64,000 nucleotides of DNA, taken from assembly GCA_037380845.1 (NCBI GenBank), contig JARRRI010000003.1:36531-100530 (forward strand), given 5' to 3'. Under the pieces are notes generated by a model that saw only the letters and a list, made by a program, of their open reading frames with translations, did not search any database and was not told the DNA's origin. Source of the stretch: Candidatus Sulfobium sp. (GTDB lineage Bacteria > Nitrospirota > Thermodesulfovibrionia > Thermodesulfovibrionales > UBA6898). Position numbers and translations under genes: made by a program. Positions 18,715 through 28,441 of the stretch are shown here, piece by piece (position 1 is the stretch's first letter; the number at the start of each line of letters is the position of its first letter).

Positions 18715-19989
18715 TCAGCCCTGTCCCTTTCGCTGACTTCCAGGCCCCTTGTCGGCCGTTTCGGTGACCCCGAAGACCGCTGAAGGTATGGAGGCCAGTT
18801 GAGCGTCCATTTCGCCCTTGACTCTTCTGAAATCGGCCATCAGCCTCTCAGGAATGGGTTCACCGTGCGGGATCTTGACTGAGAGAGGGTTCACGGGTTT
18901 GTTGTGGATACGCATCTCATAGTGCAGGTGAGGTCCCGTGGCCAGTCCCGTCGCACCCACATAACCGATAAGCTGGCCCTGTTCCACCCTCTTTCCCTTT
19001 CTTATACCCCTGGCAAACCTCGACAGATGGCCGTAATAGGTTTTCCAGCCGTTCCTGTGCCTTATCTTTATGAGATTTCCATATCCCCCGCTCCTTCCGG
19101 CGAAGATGACAGTGCCGTCGCCTGAAGCGGAAACAGGGGTCCCGGTCGGGGCCGCATAGTCAAGTCCGTGGTGCGGTCTCCAGATTTTCAGGATCGGCTG
19201 AAAGCGTCTGTTTGAAAAACGGGAACTGATGCGCCTGAAACTCAGCGGAGCCTTCAGGAAGGCCCTTCTGAGCGATTTCCCATCGGCATCGAAGTAATCG
19301 GTTTTCCCGTCATGCGAGTATCTGTATGCAAAATAATCTTCTCCGTCGCTGACAAATTCCGCGGAGAGTATGTCACCATATTTCCTGAACTCTCCGTCCC
19401 TGTACAGCCCTTCGACAACGATCTTGAACCGGTCGTTCTTTCTCAGGTCGGTGGTGAAATCCAGGTCCCAGGCGAAGACGTCGGCCAACTGAAGTGCAAG
19501 CATCAGGTTGTCCCGCCCTCCCCCCATTGAAGAAATGAGGTTGTCCTTTATCCTCCCCCCGATATGCAAAATCCGCTTTTCATACGGCACAGGGACCTTA
19601 ACCGCGCATAAACCGGATTCCGTGCTCGTGATATTGAGCATCGTATCGTCATCGATCCAGTATACGAAAGAGTTGATTCGGTCATTATCATCGACGACTA
19701 TCCTGTAAGACTGCTTCGGCCGCAGGTCTCTCAGCCTGTAAACGTCAGCCGAAGCCTCTTTTAGCTGAAAAAGGGCCCTGGGATCGAGCTTGTATTTTTT
19801 GAATATGTCAAAAAGGGTCTCCCCTCTTTCGATTTTTCCGGTTATCTCCCTGAATGCGTCGGTCTTTGCGGGCGCCGCCGCCTCAGGCTCCCGCCGGACC
19901 GTCTCCGTCCGGCTGACAACGTCGAAGTTATTTCTGATGGTAAACAAAGCTATGGCGAGGAAGACTACGGCTATAAATGCTTTTCTCAT
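18715..19989 (-). CDS. M23 family peptidoglycan DD-endopeptidase
   Basis: HHGLDYAAPTGTPV, YYGHLS, TGPHLHYE; GGAG RBS before ATG 19989. Confidence 0.92.
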   Translation of the reverse strand: MRKAFIAVVFLAIALFTIRNNFDVVSRTETVRREPEAAAPAKTDAFREITGKIERGETLFDIFKKYKLDPRALFQLKEASADVYRLRDLRPKQSYRIVVDDNDRINSFVYWIDDDTMLNITSTESGLCAVKVPVPYEKRILHIGGRIKDNLISSMGGGRDNLMLALQLADVFAWDLDFTTDLRKNDRFKIVVEGLYRDGEFRKYGDILSAEFVSDGEDYFAYRYSHDGKTDYFDADGKSLRRAFLKAPLSFRRISSRFSNRRFQPILKIWRPHHGLDYAAPTGTPVSASGDGTVIFAGRSGGYGNLIKIRHRNGWKTYYGHLSRFARGIRKGKRVEQGQLIGYVGATGLATGPHLHYEMRIHNKPVNPLSVKIPHGEPIPERLMADFRRVKGEMDAQLASIPSAVFGVTETADKGPGSQRKGQG

Positions 19990-20102
19990 TCTCCCTCCGG
20001 ATTTTTTGTATCCTATTTTAAGGTTTGTCCGGAGCATAGTCAACCTCCACCCGCTCTGCCACCGCTATTTTCCGCCGTCTGCGAAGGACTGAAACCAAAA
20101 AT

Positions 20103-20130
20103 TTGACATAATGATCGAGCAGAGTATAAT
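20103..20130 (+). promoter_or_regulatory. Sigma-70 promoter for the SH3 gene
   Basis: TTGACA-16 bp-TATAAT. Confidence 0.65.
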
Positions 20131-20192
20131 AGGAATTTATCTGGAGCCTGACAAGAACTCCGCAACATTCAAAACACCTGCCGGGAGGAACA

Positions 20193-20645
20193 ATGAGAAA
20201 ATTGCCCCTTATCATTTTTGTATTCGCATTTATTCTGTTTGTCGCACGCGACTCACACGCGCTCTGCGTAAAAGTGCCAAAGGCAAACCTCAGGACCGGC
20301 CCCGGAACAAGCTATGACGTCGTGTGGCAGATTTACAAGTATATGCCCCTGGTAAAGGTCGGGGCATCCGTATCGGGCAAGTGGTACGCCGTGAAAGATG
20401 TAGACGGTGATGTGACGTGGATATACAAGAACCTGGTGACGACCGGATACCATTGCGCAGTCGTCAAGTCAAACACGGTCAATGTAAGAACCGGCCCCGG
20501 CACCCGTTATCGAAAGAGCCCCATAAGCCCGGCGAAACAGTACTATTCCTTCAAAGTCGAAAAGAAAAAAGGAAGCTGGGTAAAGGTGAAAGACGAATGG
20601 GGGGGCAGGGGCTGGATACACAGGCACTTTCTGTTCGTCCGGTAA
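20193..20645 (+). CDS. Secreted protein with two bacterial SH3 domains
   Basis: Signal peptide; ANLRTGPGT and VNVRTGPGT repeats with W..V and GWI motifs. Confidence 0.85.
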   Translation: MRKLPLIIFVFAFILFVARDSHALCVKVPKANLRTGPGTSYDVVWQIYKYMPLVKVGASVSGKWYAVKDVDGDVTWIYKNLVTTGYHCAVVKSNTVNVRTGPGTRYRKSPISPAKQYYSFKVEKKKGSWVKVKDEWGGRGWIHRHFLFVR

Positions 20646-20683
20646 TTGATCAGACAGGGATAAGCCTGCTCCATATTGGATCG

Positions 20684-20947
20684 TCACAATTTCTCTGCGG
20701 GACCTCCGGCCGTCTCCGGAGGTTTTTCTCCTTTCCTCCCCTGTTTCTTCGCAGAACGCCTGAACCTTCTGGAAGCCATCCCGACCATCGCTATCAGCAC
20801 CCCGGTGAGAACGGATAGGAACACCACTATGGCGAGTGATGCACTGAACTTCCAGTAAATAAATGTGATAGTCACTGGAGAGGCGTTCTGTACCGAAAAA
20901 ACGGTCACCAGTGCGATCAAAATCAGGGCGATCAGTATAGTGATCAT
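20684..20947 (-). CDS. LapA/DUF1049-family membrane protein
   Basis: VFSVQNASPVTITFIYW, two TM segments, basic tail. Confidence 0.8.
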   Translation of the reverse strand: MITILIALILIALVTVFSVQNASPVTITFIYWKFSASLAIVVFLSVLTGVLIAMVGMASRRFRRSAKKQGRKGEKPPETAGGPAEKL

Positions 20948-21012
20948 GCAGTCCTCCTCTCACAAAAGGCCGTCACAAACTGCCAGGTGCAAACTCGGGC
21001 CATATGCCCACA

Positions 21013-21423
21013 TCAGGATTCGACTTTTTTGCTGCGCCCCCTGACTGTTTTCCCCGGCCGGGCCGGCTTCTGAACAGCCCTTCCCCCCGGCTTTTTCCCC
21101 GGCCGGGCCGGTTTCCGGACAACCTTGCCCTCCAGCTTTTTCACGCTGTTCTCGAGCTTCCTGATACGGCCGATAGCGGCCTTCACCTTATCATCCAGCA
21201 GGGGATTTCTTCTGGAACCGCTTATATCGTATACACGCCCTCCGAGGTCTGAAATCTCCTTCTCCACTTTTGTCTTCAGTTCATATATACGATAGCGCTT
21301 CTTTCCTTCTTCGGTGAGTTCTTCCGCCTTTACCTTCACGGCAGCAGCACCAACCTTGACCGCGGCAAGCCCCTCTTTCCAGCTCTTCTCCAGATCTTTT
21401 CTCACGTCATCCCAAAAACTCAT
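21013..21423 (-). CDS. Hypothetical coiled-coil protein with a basic repeated tail
   Basis: GGAG RBS; ISDLGGRVYD; KPARPGK twice. Confidence 0.7.
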   Translation of the reverse strand: MSFWDDVRKDLEKSWKEGLAAVKVGAAAVKVKAEELTEEGKKRYRIYELKTKVEKEISDLGGRVYDISGSRRNPLLDDKVKAAIGRIRKLENSVKKLEGKVVRKPARPGKKPGGRAVQKPARPGKTVRGRSKKVES

Positions 21424-21477
21424 CTTTCAGCTCCTTTCCCCTTTCTTCTTACGCCGGTTTCTGTTATCCGGTGACGT

Positions 21478-22686
21478 TCATTCGTTGTCCTCTTTCACCG
21501 CCACCCTTATCCTCCCCAGTATATCGGGGATAGCCGAAGTAACCCTGTCCCAGCTGGCGATGAGAGGAACGCCCAGGGGGTCCTCCATGATCTTCTCGGA
21601 AGCCTGCTTCAGGCCGCTCGTGAACGTCTCCACCGCAAGACTCTCCTCGTGCCTGTCGAAGAAAAGCCCGTTTATTGAAGCGTCGTCGTCGTATCTCTTC
21701 AGCAGATCCTGCGCCGTTCTGACATACGTAGCCATCAGGGTTTTGAAGAACCCCTCGGAAAAAACGATCCCCTCGGAGGCGAGTGTCCTGAAGACCGATT
21801 TGCATATGTCTACGGCCATCTTATGCAGGCCCTTATTTGCGTCTTCAGGTGAAAGGATCTGGTGCTTGTGCTCGTAATTCTCCGCGATGTCCACCTGGCA
21901 GACCCTCCGCAGCGAGGTATTCCGGTGCACCTCGGCAAGCATCCCCACTTCGAGTCCCCAGTCGCCGGGAATCCTGTTCACGCGGGCTAGATCAACGTCC
22001 ATGGCAAATTCGCCCGCCAGCGAGTAGCGGAAACTGTCGAAGAAAAGAAGGAGAGGATGATATCCGATTATCTTCTCCAGCGACCGGATAAGGGGCGTGA
22101 CCAGAAGCCTCGTAGCCCTCCCGTGGAGCCTGTCCGTCACCCTCGTATAGAAACCCTTGCAGAAATCGTAATCCAGGCTCGGGTTCGTCACGGGATAACA
22201 GAGTCTTGCCAGCATGTCCCTGCTGTAAGTCAGAATATCGCAGTCATGGATTGCAATAACGTGGAAATCCTGCTGTGAAAGTACATACCCGTAAGCCATC
22301 CACACCGACCTTCCCTTCCCGACTTCGCCGGTAGGAAGTTCGGCGGCTTCGATGGACCTGTATATCTCGGTAATCCTCGGGCCCGTATTCCAGATGATCC
22401 TGGTTTTCTGTGGAAGGGCTGAGAAGAAATCCTTCGCGTTTTTGAATTCCTCATCAGTTGCGGGGCCGAGGGCAACCACTATCTCCCTGACGTATTTCAC
22501 CTGCTTCAGCTCCCTGATAATCCCTTTCAGCGCCTCGCCTTCGAGTTCGGAATAAAGGGACGGAAGGACAAGGGCGATGGGTCTTTCCTGGGCATACCAC
22601 GACAACTCCGCCTCTATCTTTTGAGGGTTGAACTTGCCGAGTCTGTGGAAGGTCGCTACAACACCTGTCTGGTAAAAATCAGCCAT
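21478..22686 (-). CDS. gpgS: Glucosyl-3-phosphoglycerate synthase-type glycosyltransferase
   Basis: MADFYQTGVVATFHRL, GKGRSVW, HDCDI, KGFY.R, GRATRL, DWGLEVG, YEHKHQ. Confidence 0.8.
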   Translation of the reverse strand: MADFYQTGVVATFHRLGKFNPQKIEAELSWYAQERPIALVLPSLYSELEGEALKGIIRELKQVKYVREIVVALGPATDEEFKNAKDFFSALPQKTRIIWNTGPRITEIYRSIEAAELPTGEVGKGRSVWMAYGYVLSQQDFHVIAIHDCDILTYSRDMLARLCYPVTNPSLDYDFCKGFYTRVTDRLHGRATRLLVTPLIRSLEKIIGYHPLLLFFDSFRYSLAGEFAMDVDLARVNRIPGDWGLEVGMLAEVHRNTSLRRVCQVDIAENYEHKHQILSPEDANKGLHKMAVDICKSVFRTLASEGIVFSEGFFKTLMATYVRTAQDLLKRYDDDASINGLFFDRHEESLAVETFTSGLKQASEKIMEDPLGVPLIASWDRVTSAIPDILGRIRVAVKEDNE

Positions 22687-23012
22687 CCTTCACCCCCTCG
22701 CCGGTTAGTTACAGAAAGGAAAAAAATTAACGGCATAACTCTGAATCAGTTTAAGTATAAAAGCTCTTACAAGCGCGGTCAAGAAAAAGCCGCCTTATCT
22801 GCCTGTTTGACAGTCCATGGAACAACCGCAGGGAAGGCGTCTGACAAGCCCGGATTCCGTCAATCTGGACGAAAGCGGGAATATCGTAACATATTATAAA
22901 CGCAAAATTCTTCTCTGACCGACGGAAATAAGTCCGCCCCGTTTATGCGGCCGTCAATATTCTTCAGCACCGGCATTTTTCCTCACAGGCCGTGTTGGGT
23001 ATACTAGGAGAT

Positions 23013-24320
23013 ATGGACTTGCTTTCACCCAAAGAGACGGCAGAGGACATCTTTTACGCCGCCCTGAAATCCGTCGACCCTTATGAAGCAGTGAAGAAAT
23101 ATGTGGACAGGATCCGCCGGATCTGTGAAGAAGCTCATTTTGAGAGACTTTTGATAGTGGGTTTCGGCAAGGCTGCCTGCACCATGGCGAAGGCGGCAGA
23201 AGAAGGGCTGGAGAGACTTATAGGCGACGGCGTCATCATTACGAAATACGGCCACTGCAAGGAGACGCTCCGGAAAATAAAGGTGTTTGAGGCGGGACAT
23301 CCCGTCCCCGACGAAAACGGACTAAGGGGCACCAGCCACCTTACCGGTCTTTTGCAGGAATCCGGCGAAGATACGCTTGTCGTCTGTCTCATCTCCGGTG
23401 GAGGTTCGGCCCTGCTTGTCAGCCCATACGACGACATCCCGTTTGGCGACAAACAGGAGATTACACGCTTGCTCCTTCTGGCCGGCGCCGACATCTTTGA
23501 GCTTAACATGGTACGGAAACATTTATCGGCGGTAAAAGGGGGCAGACTCGCAGAACTTGCATGGCCTTCCAGGGTCGTCTCTCTGATACTCTCTGACGTG
23601 ATAGGAGACCGGCTTGACGTTATCGCGTCCGGTCCGACTTCTCCCGACAGTACGACCTTCCGTGACGCCCGGGACGTACTTGAGAAATACGACCTCATGA
23701 GCAGCGCGCCCCGGTCCGTCGTCGCCCTTTTTGAGAAAGGTGCGGGCGGCACTGTTCCCGATACCCCGAAGGAAGACAACAAGGCCTTCGGGCGGGTTGA
23801 AAATATAATCATCGGCAGCAACAGGACCGCGCTGCTGGCGGCGGCCAGGAAGTCGATAGCGTTCGGGCTGAAGACCGAAATCGTCTCTTCCGAAATAAGG
23901 GGAGAGGCGAGGACGGTGGCGAAAGGACTGGCGGAAAGGGCGAAGGAACTTAAAAAAGGCGGACCTCCCGGCACCCCGGCATGTCTCATTTCAGGCGGCG
24001 AAACAACGGTGACCGTTGCAGGGGGAGGAACCGGCGGAAGGAACATGGAATTGGCCCTGTCTTTTGCAATGGAGATAGAGGGCTGCGACGGGATAACGCT
24101 GCTTTCGGCAGGCACTGACGGCACCGACGGCCCCACTGATGCTGCCGGAGCTGTCGTCGACGGCGGCACTATTGCCAGGGCCGCTGCGGCTGGACTGGTC
24201 GCCCGGGAATTCCTGGAGAACAATGATTCATATCACTTCTTTGAGAAAGCCGGCGGTCTTTTCATAACGGGGCCCACGGGGACAAATGTAATGGACGTAC
24301 AGATTATACTCGTGAAATGA
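23013..24320 (+). CDS. Glycerate kinase (MOFRL/TtuD type)
   Basis: GFGKAA, AGHPVPD, LISGGGSAL, SDVIGD, GGETTV, GGRNME, TDGTDG, TGTNVMD. Confidence 0.92.
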   Translation: MDLLSPKETAEDIFYAALKSVDPYEAVKKYVDRIRRICEEAHFERLLIVGFGKAACTMAKAAEEGLERLIGDGVIITKYGHCKETLRKIKVFEAGHPVPDENGLRGTSHLTGLLQESGEDTLVVCLISGGGSALLVSPYDDIPFGDKQEITRLLLLAGADIFELNMVRKHLSAVKGGRLAELAWPSRVVSLILSDVIGDRLDVIASGPTSPDSTTFRDARDVLEKYDLMSSAPRSVVALFEKGAGGTVPDTPKEDNKAFGRVENIIIGSNRTALLAAARKSIAFGLKTEIVSSEIRGEARTVAKGLAERAKELKKGGPPGTPACLISGGETTVTVAGGGTGGRNMELALSFAMEIEGCDGITLLSAGTDGTDGPTDAAGAVVDGGTIARAAAAGLVAREFLENNDSYHFFEKAGGLFITGPTGTNVMDVQIILVK

Positions 24321-25153
24321 AGAAGCTGGTTATCTTCACGGACCTTGACGGCACGCTCCTCGACGATTCCACCTACTCCTTCGACGCGGCATTGCCGGCC
24401 CTCAGGATTATCAGACAGGAAAATGTCCCCCTTGTCATCTGCTCAAGCAAGACCAGGGGCGAGATCGAGTTTTACAGAAGAATGCTCGGCAACACACATC
24501 CGTTCGTCTCCGAAAACGGAGGAGGAGTCTTCGTCCCCAAAGGTTATTTTTCGACCACTCCCGACAGGATATCAGCCCCCGATGGTGCGGACACCCGGAT
24601 CAGTATCGAGGAAACCGGAGACTATTACACGATAAGGCTGGGAACCCCTTACGGGGAGCTGAGGCGGGCCGTCGAAGTCCTGCGTAAAAAGGGCCTGGAC
24701 ATAAGAGGCTTCGGCGATATGACCACGGAAGAGATTTCCCTCTTGACCGGCCTCTGCGCCGAAGAAACGCTGATGTCCCGGGAGAGGGACTTTGACGAGC
24801 CCTTCGTCTTTAAAGGCGACGAGCAGGCGCTCGCCGCCGCCATACGTGAAATGGGCCTTAACTGCACCAGGGGCAAGTTTTTTCACATCGTGGGGGACAA
24901 CGACAAGGGAAAGGCAGTAGCCATCCTGGCCGGACTCTATAAGCAGGAATACGGCGAGGTCTATACCGCAGCGCTGGGAGATAATCCCAACGACCTCCCC
25001 ATGCTGCTGTCGGCCGATTATCCGGTGATCGTCCAGAAACCCGGGGGCTGTTACGAACCTCAGATCGATCTGCCGGGTATGATAAGGGCCGGGGGGATAG
25101 GTCCTGAAGGCTGGAACAGAGAGGTGCTCAAACTCCTCGGCAGGCGAGGCTAG
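24317..25153 (+). CDS. HAD-IIB mannosyl/glucosyl-3-phosphoglycerate phosphatase (MpgP/GpgP)
   Basis: FTDLDGTLLD, CSSKTRGE, SENGG, LGDNPNDLPML, GPEGWN. Confidence 0.88.
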   Translation: MKKLVIFTDLDGTLLDDSTYSFDAALPALRIIRQENVPLVICSSKTRGEIEFYRRMLGNTHPFVSENGGGVFVPKGYFSTTPDRISAPDGADTRISIEETGDYYTIRLGTPYGELRRAVEVLRKKGLDIRGFGDMTTEEISLLTGLCAEETLMSRERDFDEPFVFKGDEQALAAAIREMGLNCTRGKFFHIVGDNDKGKAVAILAGLYKQEYGEVYTAALGDNPNDLPMLLSADYPVIVQKPGGCYEPQIDLPGMIRAGGIGPEGWNREVLKLLGRRG

Positions 25154-26916
25154 AAACCTTCCTTTAATACCTCCTTGTTGTAGGCATCGATGACGTCCTT
25201 ACGACGTAACATGGCCACGACCTTTCCACCGGTTTCCGTTTCATCGATGACCGGTATCTCGGCTATGTCCTTCATGGCAAATTTTTCCATTGCCACATTA
25301 AGATCGTCCCCGGGCTTCAGGGTGATCACATTCTCTGTCACTATCTCGCCTGCCCTCACCACGCCCTTTATCTTGTCCTCGAACATCACAGGCCTCACAT
25401 CCTGGATGGAAACTATTCCGAGCATCTTTCCGGCCTCACTGACGACAGGAATATAGAACTTCTCGTTTTTTACCATTATATCGATCAGTTCTTTCAGCAG
25501 CGTGTCCGGCCCCACCTTTATCACGTAGGGGTTCATGACGTCCCTCACCTTTATTTTGCCCATGACAGTCAGCTCCCTGCCGGCGTGAATCTTTATGCCC
25601 TTCTGGGTAAGCTCCACCGTGTCTATCGAATCGGGATACATCTTCCTGGAGACTACGGTGCCTATGATCGCAGCAAACATCAGCGGGACTATAATCTGGT
25701 AATTTCCCGTCATCTCGAATATGAGGAATATGCCGGTAAGCGGCGCATGGGTGGCTGCCGCCAGGAAAGAACCTATCCCGACGGTCGCGTAGGCCCCCGG
25801 GTCGGCCGTGGAACCGGGGAAGAGATAATGGACGACGTTCCCGTAGCTACCCCCGATCATTGCGCCGATGAAGATGGCAGGGGCGAAAACTCCGCCCGAC
25901 CCCCCGGACCCCAGTGTAATGGACGTTGCCAGTATCTTGAAGATCACCAGCAAGGCGATGACAGGCAATATTATTCTTCCCGCCAGGGCATGCTCCACAA
26001 TATCATACCCGTTTCCCATGATCTGAGGGAGGAAGATGCCTATGATGCCGATGATAAGGGCGCCGAGCACCGGTTTCACAAGCGGGTTGATCGAAGAGGC
26101 GTTGAATTCGTCCTTTATCCTGTGAAAGATCTTGATATAGAAAACCGCAAGAATCCCTACTATCAGGCCGAAAAGCATGTACAGGGGTATCTCGAGAGGG
26201 CTCCTCAGATTGTACTGGGGCACCGCAAACTGGGGATGGGCACCGTAATATCCCCTGGAGACGACTGTTGCGGCGCCCGACGCGATGACGATCGCCGCAA
26301 ACGAGGAAAGCTCATAGTTCCCGAGAAGCACGATCTCGATGGCAAACATTATTCCCGCGATAGGGGCGTTGAAGGTGGCGGCTATGCCCGCGCCGGCGCC
26401 TGCGGCGATCAAAAGCTTCATCTGGCCTCCCGAAGCGCGGAAGAGCTGCCCGATACCGGAGCCGATGGTACCGCCTATTATCGCGATCGGCCCCTCGACC
26501 CCCGCCGAGCCTCCCGAACCTATGGTGAGGGCGGGAGCGATCATCTTCGCTATAATGTTTCTGATCTTAAGAACGCCCCCCCTGATGTTCACCAGCTCAA
26601 GGAATCTCGAGAAACCGTAGCCGTTTATTTCTCCGGGGAAGGCAAAAGTCAGGGGGATAAGAAGAACCGCTCCCACAATGGGAAGCAAAGGGAGCAGTAC
26701 CCTGTGGAACCCTCCTTCATTGATATGCAGGAAGTCAGATCCCCCGACGAAAACCCACTTATTGACAAAATCCAGCGCGGATCGGAAGGCGACGTTTGCG
26801 GTCCCGGCGAGTATTCCTATCAGAAAGGCCAGGATAATCATTACAGCATGCTCTCCCAGGAGGCCGTATGCCTTTGAGAGAACAAAAAGAATACTTTTTT
26901 TCAGCCATCGCGCCAT
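25150..26916 (-). CDS. ClC-family Cl-/H+ transporter with two CBS domains
   Basis: GGSAGVEGP, ATFNAPIAG, GGVFAP, EMTGNY; C-terminal CBS pair. Confidence 0.93.
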   Translation of the reverse strand: MARWLKKSILFVLSKAYGLLGEHAVMIILAFLIGILAGTANVAFRSALDFVNKWVFVGGSDFLHINEGGFHRVLLPLLPIVGAVLLIPLTFAFPGEINGYGFSRFLELVNIRGGVLKIRNIIAKMIAPALTIGSGGSAGVEGPIAIIGGTIGSGIGQLFRASGGQMKLLIAAGAGAGIAATFNAPIAGIMFAIEIVLLGNYELSSFAAIVIASGAATVVSRGYYGAHPQFAVPQYNLRSPLEIPLYMLFGLIVGILAVFYIKIFHRIKDEFNASSINPLVKPVLGALIIGIIGIFLPQIMGNGYDIVEHALAGRIILPVIALLVIFKILATSITLGSGGSGGVFAPAIFIGAMIGGSYGNVVHYLFPGSTADPGAYATVGIGSFLAAATHAPLTGIFLIFEMTGNYQIIVPLMFAAIIGTVVSRKMYPDSIDTVELTQKGIKIHAGRELTVMGKIKVRDVMNPYVIKVGPDTLLKELIDIMVKNEKFYIPVVSEAGKMLGIVSIQDVRPVMFEDKIKGVVRAGEIVTENVITLKPGDDLNVAMEKFAMKDIAEIPVIDETETGGKVVAMLRRKDVIDAYNKEVLKEGF

Positions 26917-26924
26917 TATTCGCT

Positions 26925-27003
26925 AGTTAACAGGATACGGCCTTTGAGAATCTCTCCCCGACATCCTGCCCGACCGACCAAACACTCTATTACCCGATCT
27001 GAT
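26925..27003 (-). ncRNA. Candidate structured cis-regulatory RNA in the ClC 5' leader
   Basis: GATCGGGTA/TGTTTGGTC stem, then GGTCGGGC, then GGCAGGATG(T)CGG/CCGTATCCTGTT stem ending about 12 nt before the ATG. Confidence 0.35.
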
Positions 27004-27339
27004 AAAAACGGCTTAGAGGCATCTCTCAATCGATTCTCACAACCACCAGGGGGAATATCTCCGGCAGCCACTCCGGTCAGGAGAGAAAATAGTTCTCGGG
27101 CCATTTCCTCGTGAGTCCGTTTTCATGAAATCGCGATAAGGAGAACAAACCACACTTATTATACACTAATTCGCACGTAACCCAAGTAAATCCGAAAGTG
27201 AACGTTCTTCCCCATCCGGCTCAAACTCCTCACATTTTGACGGCGCCAAACGACTTCGCTTAAAGACATGTCTTGTCACGGGACCTGATTCATGATAAAT
27301 ATACTTTAAGGAGTTGACGGCTCGGGAGCCGGCAAAAAA

Positions 27340-27852
27340 ATGGATGTCCTGGTAGCGGTAAAAAGAAGAAGGAGCGTCCGGAATTTTCTCGGGAAAGATA
27401 TCCCGGAAGAGATCGTAGCGGTTCTGATAGATTCCCTGATCTGGGCACCCAGCGCCGGCAACCTCCAGTCGAGAAGGTTCTACATGGTAAAGGACGAGGA
27501 ACTCAGGAAGAAACTTGCTGGTGCGGCGCTCAACCAGACCTTCATCAGGGAGGCCCCTTTAGTGCTGGTATGCTGCAGTGATTCGAGGATCGGCCGCAGG
27601 TACGGACAACGCGGTATTGAGCTTTACACCATCCAGGATGTCGCTGCCAGCATCATGTGTATGATGCTGGCAGCGGAGGAAAAAGGCCTGGGGACGTGCT
27701 GGGTGGGAGCGTTTAACGAGGCTGAGGTATCACGGACCCTGGATCTGCCGGCCCACCATCGGCCCGTAGCCCTGGTTCCCGTGGGCTACCCGTCACGTAT
27801 TCCCAAACCTACATCGAGGCTCCCGTCGCAGGATGTTGTATTTTTCAGATAA
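27340..27852 (+). CDS. Nitroreductase family protein
   Basis: RRSVRNF, APSAGNLQ, GLGTCWVGAF, VPVGYP. Confidence 0.92.
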   Translation: MDVLVAVKRRRSVRNFLGKDIPEEIVAVLIDSLIWAPSAGNLQSRRFYMVKDEELRKKLAGAALNQTFIREAPLVLVCCSDSRIGRRYGQRGIELYTIQDVAASIMCMMLAAEEKGLGTCWVGAFNEAEVSRTLDLPAHHRPVALVPVGYPSRIPKPTSRLPSQDVVFFR

Positions 27853-27929
27853 TCCGGATCAGAGAAAGGATAGGTGTAGCCGCCCCTGCAGGGCATACCG
27901 GAATTCTTTCGACCAAAAATGCAAAGGAG

Positions 27930-28391
27930 ATGAGGAAAATGAAGAAGATACTTATCGCTGTTCTGGTTCTTGCCGTAATGGCCTTTTTCTGTGGAGGAGA
28001 ATCCTTTGGGGGTGCGGCCTGTAAATCCGGCAAAGGCTGGGCCGCCGGAAGCAAATACAACAGGTTATACAACCCTGCCACGCTGGAAACCGACAGCGGC
28101 GAAGTTGTCTCGGTACAGAAGATCGCTCCCGTGAGGGGGATGGCCGGCGGGCTGCATTTCACCATGAAATCCGACAAGGGAACGATCTCGGTGCACCTGG
28201 GGCCTACATGGTTTTTAGCGAAGGAAGGCATAACGATCAAAGCCGGGGACCATGTCACTGTGAGCGGGTCCAGGATAACCTTTGAGGGAAAACCGGCCCT
28301 TATAGCTGCAGAGATAAGAAAGGGAGAAAAGACATGGAAACTTCGTGACGACAACGGGGTTCCGCTTTGGAGCAGGAGAAAAGGAATGTGA
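27930..28391 (+). CDS. Secreted OB-fold-like conserved hypothetical protein
   Basis: Signal peptide; VHLGPTWF, GDHVTVSGS, LRDDNGVPLWS. Confidence 0.7.
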   Translation: MRKMKKILIAVLVLAVMAFFCGGESFGGAACKSGKGWAAGSKYNRLYNPATLETDSGEVVSVQKIAPVRGMAGGLHFTMKSDKGTISVHLGPTWFLAKEGITIKAGDHVTVSGSRITFEGKPALIAAEIRKGEKTWKLRDDNGVPLWSRRKGM

Positions 28392-28441
28392 CAACGGGTG
28401 TGCTGTACTATCCGTTCTGAACAGTCAAGGAGGGCGGCCAG

